DNA of 64,000 nucleotides. Origin: Octopus sinensis. Taxonomy: Eukaryota. Positions 13,433-27,081 of the stretch are shown piece by piece (position 1 is the first letter of the stretch; each line of letters begins with the position of its first letter). The position numbers were made by a program, and so were the translations under genes. The stretch spans positions 3,968,001 through 4,032,000 of the forward strand of contig NC_043017.1 in the NCBI RefSeq assembly GCF_006345805.1, read 5' to 3'. Under the pieces are notes generated by a model that was given only the letters and a program-made list of their open reading frames with translations, did not search any database and had not been told where the DNA came from.

Positions 13433-14602
13433 CTACAGAAGGAAAAAACAAATATTTTCGTCAATGTTTCTTATAAAACATGCATTCAATAAGCTTTTAT
13501 AATTCTTCCTGGATGGCAGATAAAGTACAAAAAAACAATAAGCAAGGCGAAATCGGTACGAACAGAATCTGTTTTCCGTCGTCTCACTCACACTATTACA
13601 AGCAGTTTCTGCAAAACTTTAATAACCGGCGTTTTAGAATCAAGCGACATTATTTGCTGAATAACTAATAACGATGACATAGTTCGCAATGCGTTATTCT
13701 TTACAGCTGTTCCGGGTCCGAAAACCATCTAGGGTCTCGACACAAGTATAGCGATAGATCAGGTTTCTGGTATTTGTTTAACTTCCTCCCCTCTGTAGTA
13801 AGGGCTGCATAAAAACTTATATATACCGAAATTGTCATCTGTAGCTTCATAACGGATGAGGAGAGCACCGAACTGAGTCATGGACCGTTGCCTGACTGCG
13901 GAACGGAACGAAGGCAAGTAAGGTAGTACTGATTCATAGAAGTCTCTGTCTGTCTGAAGGTAGTTTTCTATTTGATGTCGTCACACTTACGGTTGAACAT
14001 CTGTATTCTGAGAGATGTCGAGCTTCAATGACATAATAACCCAAAGCTCACTCCAGTTCCCGGGCCACATCAAGTTCAACCATCCCCCGGAGTACCTCAC
14101 CAGTGAGGTTGCGGCTGGAGGAGACCGAGGAAAGTTAGGCCGGCAGCACCAGGTTCAAAGGGGAACGGATGCCAAGATCACTGAATTTCCTAGACGGTTT
14201 CGCCTTTTACCAGTGGGTTTGGTAGACGGAAACTGAAAGAAGCCCGTCGTATATAGGTATATATATATATGTGTATGTGTGCGTTTGTTTGTGTGTCTGT
14301 GTTTGTCCCCCCAAACTTGGCTTGACAACCGATGCTGGTGTGTTTACGTCCCCGTAACTTAGCGGTTCGGCAAAAGGGATCGAAAGAATAAGTAGTATGC
14401 TTCCAAAGAATAAGTCCTGGGATCGATTTGCTCGGCTAAAGGCGGTGCTCCAGCATGGCCACAGTCAAATGACTGAAACAAGTAAAAGAGAGAGTAAAAG
14501 AGTATTCATTGGAGTTATTTTTTCTTATTTCTCTCTGTTTATACAGCGTAACTCAAAGACCATGCGCCTCCCCCAAAGTACACACATATTCACACACGCA
14601 TT

Positions 14603-14634
<32 letters not shown>

Positions 14635-14809
14635 TGTATGTATGTATGTATGTGTGTACGTATGTACGTATGTACGTTTATATGTATATCTGTATGTATG
14701 CATGTGTACGATGAATGTGTGTCCGTTTGTGTGTGTGTGAGTGTATGTTGGTGAGAAAAAGAGAGAGAGTCTAAGAGAGAGATTATGATTCCAAAGTTTT
14801 ATAACGTAC

Positions 14810-14939
14810 CTCTCTAAGATTGTTACATCTGTTCTTCCACTCTTCAAGTTCACTTTCCATCCCGCTGCTGTTGCTTGCTTCATTGCAGCGGGAAACTTCA
14901 TTCTTTAATTCATTGTTCTGCGTTTCCATTTTTAGCAAT
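14810..14939 (-). CDS. IF-A exon 2 (coil 1B)
   Basis: tttttctgtcAG acceptor and GTACGT donor, both as in IF-B exon 2; 130 nt, phase 2->0; LLKMETQNNELKNEVSRC...WKNRCNNLRE. Confidence 0.8.
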
Positions 14940-16457
14940 CTGACAGAAAAATAGTTTTTCTAAGGAATATTTATTTATCCAAGGTAGGGATTTTGGGAAC
15001 TGGCAGACACTGTGATACTGAAGCATAGTTTTATGTTTTATTAAAATAGTACCACACGTTATGACAAAATTATACCAAACGACCAGCAAAACGGCCATTG
15101 TTTCTTATTCGTTTTTGTTTTTTGTAACTTTGTTCTGTACATAGGAAAATTAACTTTACACAGATTTGTTACTTTGAGAAAGAGGGGTAAATATTATCTC
15201 ACCTTTTCACTCTACTTGTACCTTTCATTGGAGCTTTTGGACTGAATGTATGTAAAGAAAGCTATATATCGGTGAGTCACCGAATAGATACACAAATGGC
15301 GATAGACCGAGCGAGATAAGGAGTCCATATATGGTTGCATGTACGACAAGAAATAGTGGCAAAGTACATCTATAAAAAACAGAAAACAATGACTCGGTGA
15401 CGGATGGAGTGTACGCTGCCTCAGCCGTGAGTTAGGGCTTAACAGATAATTGCAAATGAGCGGACACCAGCAGGGATTTATGTTTATAACCAGGATACAA
15501 AGACAATATCCAAGTTTAGATTTATGCTTGTATGGAGTTAAGATGTCTTGCAAACAACTTGCACATGCAAGTGCTACCAGTCAAAAGCTCCGTATACCGG
15601 AAGCCAGCAAGTGTATGGGGTCATCAGGAGAGAATGCATGCCGTTTCGGGGCCTACCTCTCGACGGCATCAATGCGCACCGACCCCCCTCACTGATATGA
15701 GGCCCCACTTGCTAGATCAGCTGGTTATGAAGAACTCAATATACTTCTAGCCATCGCTAATTGTCTCTTTTTAACCAAATCCAGTGGCTAGCCTTCTCCA
15801 CTGTAGATTGGATATCAGTCATGGTGGTATTGACTTTTCCATGAGTTAGGCCTAACGATAACAACAGTCGTCTCACGCTGTGTCCTACAAACTCTCTACA
15901 TCCGACTTCGATAGGAAAATGTTCCGCTTTCCAGTTGTTAATAAATAAAACTCCCTACAGTTTATGACTGCTTATAATTTGAAATGCCAATTTGAGCTGC
16001 GTTTACGCGGATTATATTAACCTCGCATTTGCTTAATCACGAGGAGATCGGAACTGATCACTAGTACTAGAAATGTAACTGTTTCGGAAATTAGTAACTT
16101 TTTTAATTTTAAAGTGTTCACTTAAACCCTTGACAACGGTTGACGCAAATATGCGATCACACTTTTGCTTGCTTACCCGCGGTTCACGTAAATATACGAT
16201 GTAGAGCTGTCCTACATCTATCACGGACTTTTTTAGCGGCTGACGTATGTTTACGTTCGCTATCGTGTACTTTATCTCTTGAGGTGCGCGCACTCGCCGT
16301 CCCGTGCATTATCTTAGCTATTTAAGGTTACGTTCAAGTCATGAGAGTAGCGGTAGACCAATGGCATGCGGATACTTTACATGCATAATACCGTGTTTTG
16401 AGTCGTACCACGCACAAGCTATTTTCTGAACTTGAGCAGAATAACTCGTGCATATCA

Positions 16458-16844
16458 TCTCTCTATATATAAACGCCAGTTTGTGTGTCTGTGTGTCTGT
16501 CAGGTTGTACCCTCACCCTGACCACGGCTTTCAACCGATTCTGATAAAACTTGGCACACACATAGCCCAATGTCATAATTCAAAACTAACGCAGCGAAAA
16601 TTTTGAAAAGTTCCCCCAGTTCTGAAAAAGATCGATAAATTCGACATGGGGTCGAGAATCAGAAACACAAGCCACAGACTGTCTAGGGGACGCAACTCGA
16701 CCTTTTTAACTCGCAAAAAAAATTTACCATCATTTTTTTTCCATTTTTTTGCTATTTTTTTGCTATTTTTTGGCTATAACTCTCTAAAAATGCTTTATAG
16801 TTATTTCCCTTACAAACCCGAGCAACGCCGGGCGATACTGCTAG
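16458..16844 (+). mobile_element. Non-autonomous Helitron
   Basis: 5' A|TCTCTCTATATATAAA; 3' CCCG-agcaacgc-CGGG hairpin then CTAG|T; last ~60 nt shared with 39938-40450. Confidence 0.75.
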
Positions 16845-17531
16845 TATTATGATAAATAGCTTCACAGAGTTCGTTTTCATAAACCGGTAGACGTTAAATG
16901 TACGACGCTATGTTATTGGAAATAGACGCGAGCTCGTTGGCACTTGTGTGTTTGTGTGGCCTCGGTAGATAAAAAAATCCCGGAGCAGTGTCTCGCATGC
17001 TTCGGGTAATACCGGCGTCAAGGGGTTAAACAACTTTCGGACCTTATATTTAAAAAAAAAAAGACCATTTTTAATGAGCTTCACAGAATCATTTTGCTTC
17101 AACGCTTAGTCCAATAATAATGTCTATTGAATACATTATGAGAAAATAAGATACTGCAGGCTCGCTAGCTACTAATTACAATTTATGCTACTTTCTTTAT
17201 TCTTTGATGTAATTCGCAATACTTACAGTGTAATAGCAAAAACAGATTACCACTAAATGTCGCATTTCACTAGTTAGTACCACTGAATGGTCCTCATCTT
17301 CCATTTCTTAGAAAACGATAAAAATAGGTACTAGTAATAAATAGTATTTAATACAATATGCTTCGACCGTTGGTTTTGTGTCCAGTTAAACAATAACTTG
17401 CACTGAGGACTGATTGGTATTTACTCGCATTATGTATAATAAATGCAAAGAAAGAACCACGTAAAGTGGTGGGAGCGATGAGTTCTCAGAGAGCTTATTA
17501 TCTCAGTGAATTGCTAAGATCGGTCGGTGCC

Positions 17532-17562
<31 letters not shown>

Positions 17563-17599
17563 AAGAAATAATCGAAATATGTCTACGGTCTGCCCGTGA

Positions 17600-17985
17600 C
17601 CCTTCAACGCATCACCTATGGCAACAGGCATCAAGAGTACCCCCATTTTTTTCTGTGAAGAGAAGGACTTGGAGTACTGTACAGATGTTGCTCGTCTTCT
17701 GCACAAGCTTGGAGTACCACAGTACAAACCCAAGCATTGGAGGCTATTCATTGACAGCAGCAAGCGATCGCCGAAATGTGTTCTGCTGCACAACGGCAAA
17801 ACGTTTGCCTCTTTACCCCTCGCTCACTTGACTACATTGAACAAGTATGAAGCGGTGAAATATGTGCTGGAGAAAATTCGTTATGATCAGCGACAGTGGC
17901 TTATTTGTGTTGACCTGAAGATGGGGGATTTTTTGTAGGGACAACAGTCTGGATTCACCAAGTACCCACCTTTTCTTTGCATGTA
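17600..17985 (+). mobile_element. DNA transposase fragment (WRLFIDSSKRS...VLLHNG type; superfamily not assigned)
   Basis: ORF 17618-17938 ...HWRLFIDSSKRSPKCVLLHNG...WLICVDLK, continuing past a stop as GQQSGFTKYP. Confidence 0.65.
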
Positions 17986-18129
17986 GTCTATTTAATAGTG
18001 ATATGATTGATTTGATTTTTGATTTTTCCAGTTTCAGCTCATGAGCTGTGGCCATGCTGGGGCACCGCCATTTATGAAGTAAAAACCGACCAGTCCATCA
18101 GATGTAGTTACACATCGCTGGTCACAATG

Positions 18130-18345
18130 CGTTCGCATTGTTTTAGCCTTCGAATGACGCCACCCCGCTGGCTAAGCGAGCAGGCCAACAGAAGAAAGAG
18201 TGGTGAAAGAGTACAGCAGGGATCATCACACCCCGGCGGAGCCTCGTGGAGCTTTTAGGTGTTTTCGCTCAATAAACACTCACAACGCCCGGTCTGAGAA
18301 TCGAAACCGCGATCCTACGACCGCGAGTCCGCTGCCCTAACCATT
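18130..18345 (-). mobile_element. SINE2 partial copy
   Basis: Reverse complement of the SINE2 head and body (ctcaataaacactcacaacgcccggtctg). Confidence 0.7.
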
Positions 18346-18507
18346 AGCAATGTTGCTAATCTATTTTTTTTTTGTTTAATGCCTAATTAGAATCCTCAAA
18401 CTCTCTCAAATATGGAAAGAGTTAAAAGGCAATTAAGAGAAATTAACTGAAGATGGACGTTTATGATGCTTAGAGGAAATCAAACATTATGAGCAAATTT
18501 CACTTAC

Positions 18508-18857
18508 TGTTTTTGCAATTCTCCAACTTCCTCAATAAGCGATTGATTTTCACATTTTACTGCTACTAGTTCCTTACTCTTCTCTTGTTTCTCTTTCCTT
18601 GTTTTATCCTGCTGGGATTTTATTTCGAATGTGATCGCTTCACTCTCAGTTTTAATCTTCTTTTCTAAGAGTTGTTCAAGACGTTTGTTCTCTTCATGTA
18701 AATTACCAATTCGGGATAAGAGTTTGGCAAGCTTTGAGTTCAACTCTGACATTTCTTTCTTTTCTTTCCCCATTTCATCGCTTGCACCAGTATTTTCTTT
18801 AGTTTGAATTGTAGCTTCTATTTGCGTCTTCTCACGTATTAAAAGTTCTTCAGCCAT
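18508..18857 (-). CDS. IF-A exon 1 (head + coil 1A), cytoplasmic intermediate filament
   Basis: MAEELL...EKKEMSELNSKLAKLLSRIGNLHEENKRLE resembles the IF coil-1A motif; in-frame TGA upstream of ATG; ends AAA CA|GTAAGT (phase 2, 350 nt). Confidence 0.85.
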
Positions 18858-19020
18858 TTTTGTTCTTGTTATTCAAATTTCTTATGTTAAACAAAAGTAT
18901 AAGAATGGAATAAGTAAAGATTCACTGCTTTGAATAAAAACTAGACACAGAAGAAATCTGCAGAAGAACTTACGACCTGCTATAGCTTTCTGACGGTGCT
19001 AAATGATCGAATCTAAGGTG
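18858..19020 (-). promoter_or_regulatory. Conserved upstream block of IF-A
   Basis: Homologous to 48677-48845; the AG seen in IF-B is changed to tttaacat here. Confidence 0.4.
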
Positions 19021-19023
19021 GTG

Positions 19024-19166
<143 letters not shown>

Positions 19167-19185
19167 TATATATATATTATATATA

Positions 19186-19287
<102 letters not shown>

Positions 19288-19635
19288 TAGTGAAATTGCT
19301 AGACGGAAGTTAAACACAATGTTTAACAGAGAGTGTGAGGTGGAGGTAAATAAAGACGGTGATAGAGAAATAGAAGTGGAAAAATAGCAATATGAGACCT
19401 ATTGTTTGGACAAGAAACAACAAGTTCTTTATTTTATTTTATTTTCATTGATACATTCCATGCGTCACATTTCTATATATATTTGTGTGTATTAGCTCGT
19501 ATATGTAGATATATCTATATGTCTATATCTATCTATCACTATATGTATGTATGCATGTATGCATGTATATATGTATGTACGTATGTGTATGTATGTATGT
19601 ACGTATGTATGTATGCTGTATATATATATATATAC

Positions 19636-20258
19636 ATCTTCTCTTCTCCACTTTTGCCCGACCCCACCTTGAATACTGTTGTCCACTGTGGTCTCCCCAC
19701 ACAATACAAGGTATCATAAAAGTTGAAGCACCTCAAAGGGCAATCACAAAAAAGATAGATGGCATGACAGGCCTCGACTATTGGGGTCGACTAGAAAAGC
19801 TAAAACTCTATTCTCTCCAACGTCGTCGTGAGCGCTACATCATCTGCATGATGTGGAAAATATTCCATCAGCATTGCCCAAATGATGTTGGCATCACCTT
19901 TAAGGTACATCCAAGGCTTGGGCCCCGTGCCATCCGCCCAAAACAAAAATCGCACTCTCATCTCATAACAACAATACGGCACAATTATTTCACCTCAATT
20001 GGCCCCGCTCTCTTTAACATTACACCAAAACACATTAAAACAGAAACTGACCCTATAGGGTTCAAGAAGTCTTTGGACAGATTCCTTCAAGAAATCCCGG
20101 ATAAACCCCCTACACCCGGATATGTCTCTGTAAACAATAACTCTCTACTTGAGTGGGCCATAGTGCCCAAATTCTGACTTGAAAGACTTCACCAGGTGGT
20201 GCTATTAAGTTAGACATGGCCTGGGCCAATAATGGCCGAAACCTATCAAAGTATCAAA

Positions 20259-20262
<4 letters not shown>
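19636..20262 (+). mobile_element. 5'-truncated CR1/L2-group LINE 3' end
   Basis: RPHLEYCCPLWSP...QRAITKKI...LYSLQRRRERY...FKKSLDRFL; short tandem tail (atcaaagt)2. Confidence 0.88.
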
Positions 20263-20302
<40 letters not shown>

Positions 20303-20796
20303 CATACATATATATATATATATATAATATATATATATATAGCTGAAATAATTTGCTAGGCGAAATTCTCAGCAGTCGGCTGAAACAGCGCTTGCGCGTT
20401 GAATTTGAAATGTTATAATATATAACGATGAGACATGGGTTATTTGTCTCTTAATTATATGATAATGTTATGGTGCGGTCACTGATGACAATTTCGCCTA
20501 ACAAATTATTTTAGTTGCTAAATAAAATTCGGAATCTAGGTATGACCGTAAAAAAATAACAATGTAAAAGTATTTATTTTTCATTCCCTTCGAAATTGCT
20601 CTTAAATGTGGTTTTGGTCGTCTTGACTGCTTCTTCTAGCGTGTAAAGCTGCCTGTTGAGGGCAAGCTCTCTTGTGTTTAAATGTACACTATATTGAGGT
20701 TATGTTGTCTATTGACATTTTATACATGCCAGGCCACTGGTGGTGAAATTTCTAGAAAAAACATCGCTATCCTATATATTTTACGTAATATATATA

Positions 20797-20871
<75 letters not shown>

Positions 20872-20876
<5 letters not shown>

Positions 20877-21212
20877 GCATGGCTCAGGGGTTAGAGCGTC
20901 GAGCTTACGATCGTGAGGTTGTGAGCTCGAATCCCGGACCGGGCTGCGTGTTGTGTTCTTGAGCAAGGCACTTTATTTCACGTTGCTCCAGTTCACTCAG
21001 CTGTAGAAATGAGTTGCGACGTCACAGATGCCAAGCTGTATCGACCTTTGTCTTTCCCTTGGATAACACTGGTGGTGTGGAGAGGGGAGGCTGGTATGCA
21101 TGGGCGACTACTGGTCTTCCATAAACAACCTTGCCCGGACTTGTGTCTAGGAGTGTAACTTTCTAGGTGCAATCCCATGGTCATTCATGACCGAAGGGGG
21201 TCTTTACCCTTT
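20872..21212 (+). mobile_element. SINE4 (tRNA-derived)
   Basis: ggcgcatggctcag..gttagagcgtcgagc...tcgaatcccgg head; copies at 38612, 49762, 60455. Confidence 0.8.
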
Positions 21213-21666
21213 ATATATGATGGCAGTTGACTCTCCTAATTTCTTCCGACTTATCATCTAGGGCTCTTGTTAGTTATTAAATCCGGCATCCAAAAACCAC
21301 TCGAAAATGATTGTATTGTGGTACGCATAATATATATATGTGGTTGCATGTTAAAAAATTTGCTTCTCAAACGCATTGTCCCTGGTATGTGTATATGTGT
21401 CTGTGTATTTGGGTATGTGTTTGCGTGTGGGTGGGTGTGTGTGAATGTGTGTGTGTGTCTGTCTGTCTGTGTGAGTGAGTGTATGTGCATTAATCTTGTT
21501 TCGTCGCAGTAAAACTACAATTCCTTGTGTTAGACATCCGTGTCGTAAGTGTTAATGCGTAGGTGTCACGTTTAATGTAAAACACAGTCGCAATATATAT
21601 ATATATATATACATATGTGTGGAGGGTTGAAAGAGAGAGAATATTAAATAATACTCTGGCGCATAT

Positions 21667-22080
21667 ATACGGGAGAGTACGAAAAATTCCCCGGATTAGT
21701 GTTGTTGCGCACCAAAAGACGGCAGCACACGGTTGCATGTGCAGTGAGTGCAAGCAGCGACCTTCACGAAGCACTGTGCTGAGAGACATTGCTGTGTTTA
21801 CTTCGCAAGTCATGAAATTTGTGTTTTTGAGAACGCGTGTATGATCCTGTCTGAGATGTTTTTCATGGACACGAAGCTGAAACAAAGATTCAACGTGAAA
21901 TTTTGCGTCACATTGGGGAAGTCTGCTGCAAAGACATTGAGCATACTTTGACAAGCTTACAGCGTTGAAGCAATGGTTGGTAAGCAATGTTTCGAGTGAT
22001 ACGGGCGCTTTAAAAGCAAGAAAACCTCCCTGGAAAACGATGAGAGATCTGTGAGACCTGCCACGAGCATCACCCCGGTA
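21667..22080 (+). mobile_element. Mariner 5' relic (N-terminal HTH region)
   Basis: MDTKLKQRFNVKFCVTLGKSAAKTLSIL*QAY...DERSVRPATS. Confidence 0.78.
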
Positions 22081-23132
22081 ATGTGATATTATGCATGGAG
22101 AATTTTTCCCCCTAGCATTGCTTGACAACCGATGCTGGTGTGTTTACGTCCCCGTCACTTAGCGGTTCGGCAAAAGAGACCGATAGAATAAGTACTAGGC
22201 TTACAAAGAATAAGTCCCGGGGTCGATTTGCTCGACTAAAGGCGGTGCTCCAGCATGGCCGCAGTCAAATGGCTGAAACAAGTAAAAGAGAAAAGAGAAA
22301 AGAGTATATATTGATATCATTTTATTGCCCTTTTTCCATACAATTTAACCAAAAGGTCTTCGGACTCGAATTAGAAAGTACAAGTTTGTTAATGGAATAT
22401 GGAATAATGTTCTCTAATTTGGAAGCAAATTTAATCATATTTTCAAAAGATATCGTTGCATATCTTCCTCGATTCTTATACAGCATAAATTTAGTATAAA
22501 ATTTTGTAATGTAAAATATCATAAAGTACAAAACATTTGAAAGCAAAACACACCAGGCATCGATATCATATTATCTCGGTAACTTGTAGAATACCAATCT
22601 TTATTGAAATTACGATTACAAAAACTACCAAGGTGAAGAGTTTGTTAATATTTGAATAGTTATTTAACAATGTTGAAAAACATATTGTATTGAAAAATGA
22701 ATTTTCTCTTATTTTCTATAATTATCTTAAATGTTTCAGAATCATTAAAAATTATTAAAACAGAAAATTGGAATTTTTTTAGAAATTTACTTTAGAATTA
22801 GTATTTTTACTAAAATTTTTATTTAAAAGAAATAAAGAGATTTTCTGAAACTTGGTGCTAACAGGAACAAAAATGAATTTTCTCTGCTGCAACATTACGT
22901 TCTTCAGGAGTTTATTTTGATCACAACTGTAGCGCATTCCTGAAAAATGAAAAAATATTGAGAAATTAATAAATAAACAGGGTTATTCGTGAACTATTAA
23001 GGAGTTGAGGCACCACAAGATTAACCATCTTCGTGTAACGAGAATAGCCGTTCTGGCCTGTGTATCACAAAACTTTACACAAGAGTCAGAAGTCACAATA
23101 GATATTTCTTTATTACCCATAAGGGGATAAAC

Positions 23133-23550
23133 ATCATCATCATCATCATTGTTCGACCGTGGTCGAGACAATGGAATTTACCATGCTACGCCAGACTTCA
23201 CGGTCCATCATGGCATTACGGAGGTTCTGTTGCTGGATGCCTGTATCCCTGGAGATTACATCAGGGTAGGAGAGTGTGCGCCCTCTGGTATTGCGAGTAG
23301 ATGGCTTCCAGAGGAGAAGAGTAGAAATTACCTCTTTTTCAGCTCTACAACAGGGGATAAACAAGGACAGACAAAGGGATTAAATCGATTACATCGATCC
23401 CAGTGCGAAGCTGGTACTTTATTTATCGACCCCGAAAGGATGAAAGGCAAAGTAGACCTCGGCGGAATTTAAACTCAGAACGTAACGGCAGACGAAATAC
23501 CGCTAAGCATTTCGCCCGGCGTGCTAACGTTTCTGCCAGCTCGCTACCTT
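23133..23550 (-). mobile_element. RTE-type LINE 3' fragment with (GAT)n tail (~23133-23330) joined to a SINE1 copy (~23345-23550)
   Basis: LLLWKPSTRNTRGRTLSYPDVISRDTG...MMDREVWR; same family as 34347-34615. Confidence 0.78.
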
Positions 23551-23704
23551 AGAAGTTACAATACATTAACTCTCTTTTTTTGCGCTAATAAGTTAAAAAT
23601 GAAACATTTCTTAGGCTGTATTAAATTCACGAGATTTCTCTCAGATGAAAATCAGAATACGTTCTGTTTATCGGTTACTCGACGTTTCATATATAACTAG
23701 TATT

Positions 23705-23710
23705 TTTATT
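23705..23710 (-). terminator. Candidate poly(A) signal AATAAA of IF-B
   Basis: Same aligned position as in the IF-A 3' UTR. Confidence 0.3.
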
Positions 23711-23981
23711 GTGTACTGAAGCAAATTATGTCGCTATTTTAAATGTATGAAAAACATTGCTGTTGGAAAATATAACGTCTGTCTCAAAGCCATGCCGACA
23801 GAAAGAGTTTATTGAAACAGACGCAGCAAGGTCAGGAAATATTTCTATAAATTTTCAGTATTAAAATCACATTCCAAACGTTACTTAGAGCAGTGAACTG
23901 AATCAGTCTTACTACATACTACTAACTGCCGCTAAGCTTATTAAGATTGTTGAAGAAATGCATATCGAAGCGGTATGCTTT

Positions 23982-24011
23982 TCAAATGCAGATTTTATTG
24001 TGCCCTGTTCT
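23982..24011 (-). CDS. IF-B putative terminal exon (RTGHNKICI*, or NRAQ* from the AG 2 nt further on)
   Basis: tttatttctAG acceptor; region aligns with the IF-A terminal exon; exact acceptor ambiguous. Confidence 0.4.
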   Translation of the reverse strand, partial: RTGHNKICI

Positions 24012-24177
24012 CTAGAAATAAATTTGTACATTGTATATAATATGGTATATCAGGGAGACAAATGACTACATAGATCAACCCTCAAAGTGCATGAAATTAG
24101 AAAGAAAAATGTACTCGATGGCTATAATGGAAAAAGTGTAAGAGAAAATGTGTGCTAAAGAATAAATTAGATCTTAC

Positions 24178-24291
24178 CTTGCCTTTGTCGTCTTTCAAAG
24201 TAATTTTTGATGGGATGACCATAGTTCCCCATTGAGCGACATCGGAAGATGTGATGCCATCTTGTCCAGCACCGTGTTTTGATCCCCAAAT
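24178..24291 (-). CDS. IF-B exon 10 (LTD)
   Basis: tatctttAG / GTAAGA; 114 nt; IWGSKHGAGQDGITSSDVAQWGTMVIPSKITLKDDKGK. Confidence 0.88.
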
Positions 24292-25151
24292 CTAAAGATA
24301 GATATAAGAGAATTCATTATAATAACATCATTAAGAAAAATTAGAAATGTAAACACGAGGTTTTGTCGATTACATGGACTCCAGTTTTTCACTTGCACCT
24401 TATTTTATAAACTCGATGTGGTGGACGGAAATGTTGAATGCGGTAGGATTTGAAAAATACGAAGAGCCGGAAACAAATGTCAAAGCGTATTTTTCGGATA
24501 CCGTAACGATTCTGCAAAGGCAAAAATGTCTGAAAGGGTACTGAGTAGAAGGTTTACGAATGCTATCATCCTCAGTATGTAACTGGTACTTTATATAATT
24601 TGTCGACCTCAGAGGAATGAAGGTAAAGTAGACATTAGCAGGATTTGAACTAAGAGTGAGAAGAGGTGGAGCGAATAACATTAGGCCCTGTGTTCGACAC
24701 TCTAAACATTTTTACTCTACAGAGAATGATTAGCAATTGTTTTCTTGTCCGTGGTTACTGCGGTGGTCAGAGAGGTGGCATCCACTTCAAATTACCTCCA
24801 AAAATATCATTTGGAAGTAACTACTAATGATTTTAATGTAATTAATATATGCACAAATTGGAAACTGGTTTGCTAACACCATTGGTAAGTAAATGAATTC
24901 CTTCTCTTACCCACCTCTACTCTGGACGAAAATAATAGAAGGAAAATATTACAGTTAACATATCTGGAACAACATACCTAATATTACTCTACATTGTCAT
25001 GTGGAGTGCGGACTCCCAGCAGTCGATATTCCATTCTTGCCATAGTGTCGCCATCTTTTTTATAAATTTAAATTACTGCCTATAATATCTAATGTTTAGT
25101 TAATATACGTTATAAGAATAATTAACATTTTAAAAAATAACACAAACTTAC

Positions 25152-25262
25152 CTTGACAAATTTACCAGAACTAAACACATTACCATCGGTAAATTTATGG
25201 GTGAAGGTCGTGCCATTTTCCAGGGTTTGGGTCAGTGTCCAGTTCTTCATGTTTGTTGAACC
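25152..25262 (-). CDS. IF-B exon 9 (LTD)
   Basis: ttctaatcatAG / GTAAGT; 111 nt; GSTNMKNWTLTQTLENGTTFTHKFTDGNVFSSGKFVK. Confidence 0.88.
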
Positions 25263-25544
25263 CTATGATTAGAAAGAGTATTTGTATTAAACAAAAGAAA
25301 AGAGATGTTGATGGCAATGAATTATAAGGATAGTCAATGAACCATTTGTAATTACAGAGGTAAAATATATTACAATGTTTACGTGCGTCTATATGTGTGT
25401 TCGTGTGAGCCTGCATGCATGTGAGCGGGAGAGAGCAGAGAGGGGGAGAGAGGGGGAGAGGGGGGGAGAGGGGGAGAGAGGGGGAGAGGGGGAGAGAGGG
25501 AGAGAGAGGGGAGTAGGGAAGAATGAAGATTTGCTACGGTTTCT

Positions 25545-25952
25545 TATTTCTTTATTGCCCACAAGGGGCTAAAAATAGAGGGGACAAACAAGGACAGTCA
25601 AAGAGATTAAGTCGATTACATCGACCCCAGTTCGTAACTGGTACTTAATTCATCGAGCTCGAAAGGATGAAAGGCAAAGTCGATCTCGGCGGAATTTGAA
25701 CACAGAACGTAGCGGCAGACGAAATACCTATTTCTTTACTAACCACAAGTGGTCAAAAACAGAGAGGACAAACAAGGACAGACAAATGGATTAAGTCGAT
25801 TATATCGACTCCAATGCGTAACTGGTACTTATTTAATCGACCCCGAAAGGATGAAAGGCAAAGTCGACCTCGGCGGAATTTGAACTCAGAACGTAGCGGC
25901 AGACGAAATACCGGTAAGCATTTCGCCCGGCGTGCTAACGATTCTGCCAGCT
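25545..25952 (-). mobile_element. SINE1 dimer (one head, two bodies)
   Basis: Internal junction aaagaaata|ggtatttcgtctg on the minus strand. Confidence 0.8.
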
Positions 25953-26029
25953 CGCCGCCTTGTTACGGTTTCTATCAAACAGCGGGGCCAAGTAGTGACT
26001 ACCTTGTTACGTACACAAAACTTAGAAAA

Positions 26030-26445
26030 ATCGCAGGAGTGGCTGTGTGCGTAAGTAGCTTGCTAACCAGCCACATGGTTCCGGGTTCAGTCCCACTGCG
26101 TGGCATTTGGGCAAGTATCTTCTGCTATAGCCTCGGGCCGACCAAAGCCTTGTGAGTGGATTTGGTAGACGGAAACTGAAAAGAAGCCTGTCGTATATAT
26201 GATATTATATATATATAGGTGTGTCTGTATGTTTGTGTGTCTGTTGTCCCTCTAGCATTGCTTGAAAACCGATGGCTGGGTGTTTGTGTCCCCGTCACTT
26301 AGCGGTCGGCAAAAGGACCGAAGACCGATATAGAATAAGTACTGGGCTTACAAAGTTAAGTCCCGGGGTCGATTTGCTCGATTAAAGGCGATGCTCCAGC
26401 ATGGCCGCAGTCAAATGACTGAAACAAGTAAACGAGTAAACGATG
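26030..26445 (+). mobile_element. SINE3 full length
   Basis: Matches 9478-9895. Confidence 0.8.
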
Positions 26446-26585
26446 TAAACAAAAGCGAGGAAAGAAAAATACTAATGGTCGTTGAATTATTTGCTGTCCA
26501 AGTGTATATGTATATTTATGATAAAATGGTATAAAAAGACCGTTCAAAAGCACTATTTAACCAACAGAAACCCATGCACACTTAC

Positions 26586-26689
26586 CTTTGGGAACTTAGC
26601 AAAGGTCTCAAGTTTAATGTATGTTCCATCGGTTGCTAGTTCAACGACGCTCACAGACCCACTTGTGGTGCGACTCATGGTCATTTTAT
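26586..26689 (-). CDS. IF-B exon 8 (LTD start)
   Basis: ttttgcaccAG / GTAAGT; 104 nt, phase 1->0; KMTMSRTTSGSVSVVELATDGTYIKLETFAKFPK. Confidence 0.85.
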
Positions 26690-27040
26690 CTGGTGCAAAA
26701 ATGTCCAGAGATATAAATATTTATTAATAATATGTATATGCGTGATTGTGTGTGTGTGTGTGTGTGTGTGTGCACAGAAACACAAGTTTGTGTGTATATG
26801 CTTCTATATGAATTGATACAGTAGCATACATATAGATATGTATGTATATATATGTATATATATAGATATATATATATATATTAGATATATATAAATTTTA
26901 TATATATATATATAATATATATATATACGGACATGTACATGTAGATATATATACGACAAATATATATGACTTTGAGAGAGAAATCCCCACCCCGCCACAG
27001 TCGCAACATGTCTATATATCTATATATATATATATATATA

Positions 27041-27081
<41 letters not shown>

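Noticed and set aside
13700-14215. GC-richer blocks in IF-A introns (also ~15300-15950)
   Set aside because: No intact frame or recognisable motif, and not needed for exon phase; probably old unclassified retroelement fragments
16033-16293. 86-aa minus-strand ORF beside a Helitron
   Set aside because: No recognisable motif or splice sites; could be repeat debris
19551-20177. 208-aa ORF, the second-longest in the track
   Set aside because: Microsatellite fused to the C-terminus of a CR1/L2-type reverse transcriptase; not a host gene
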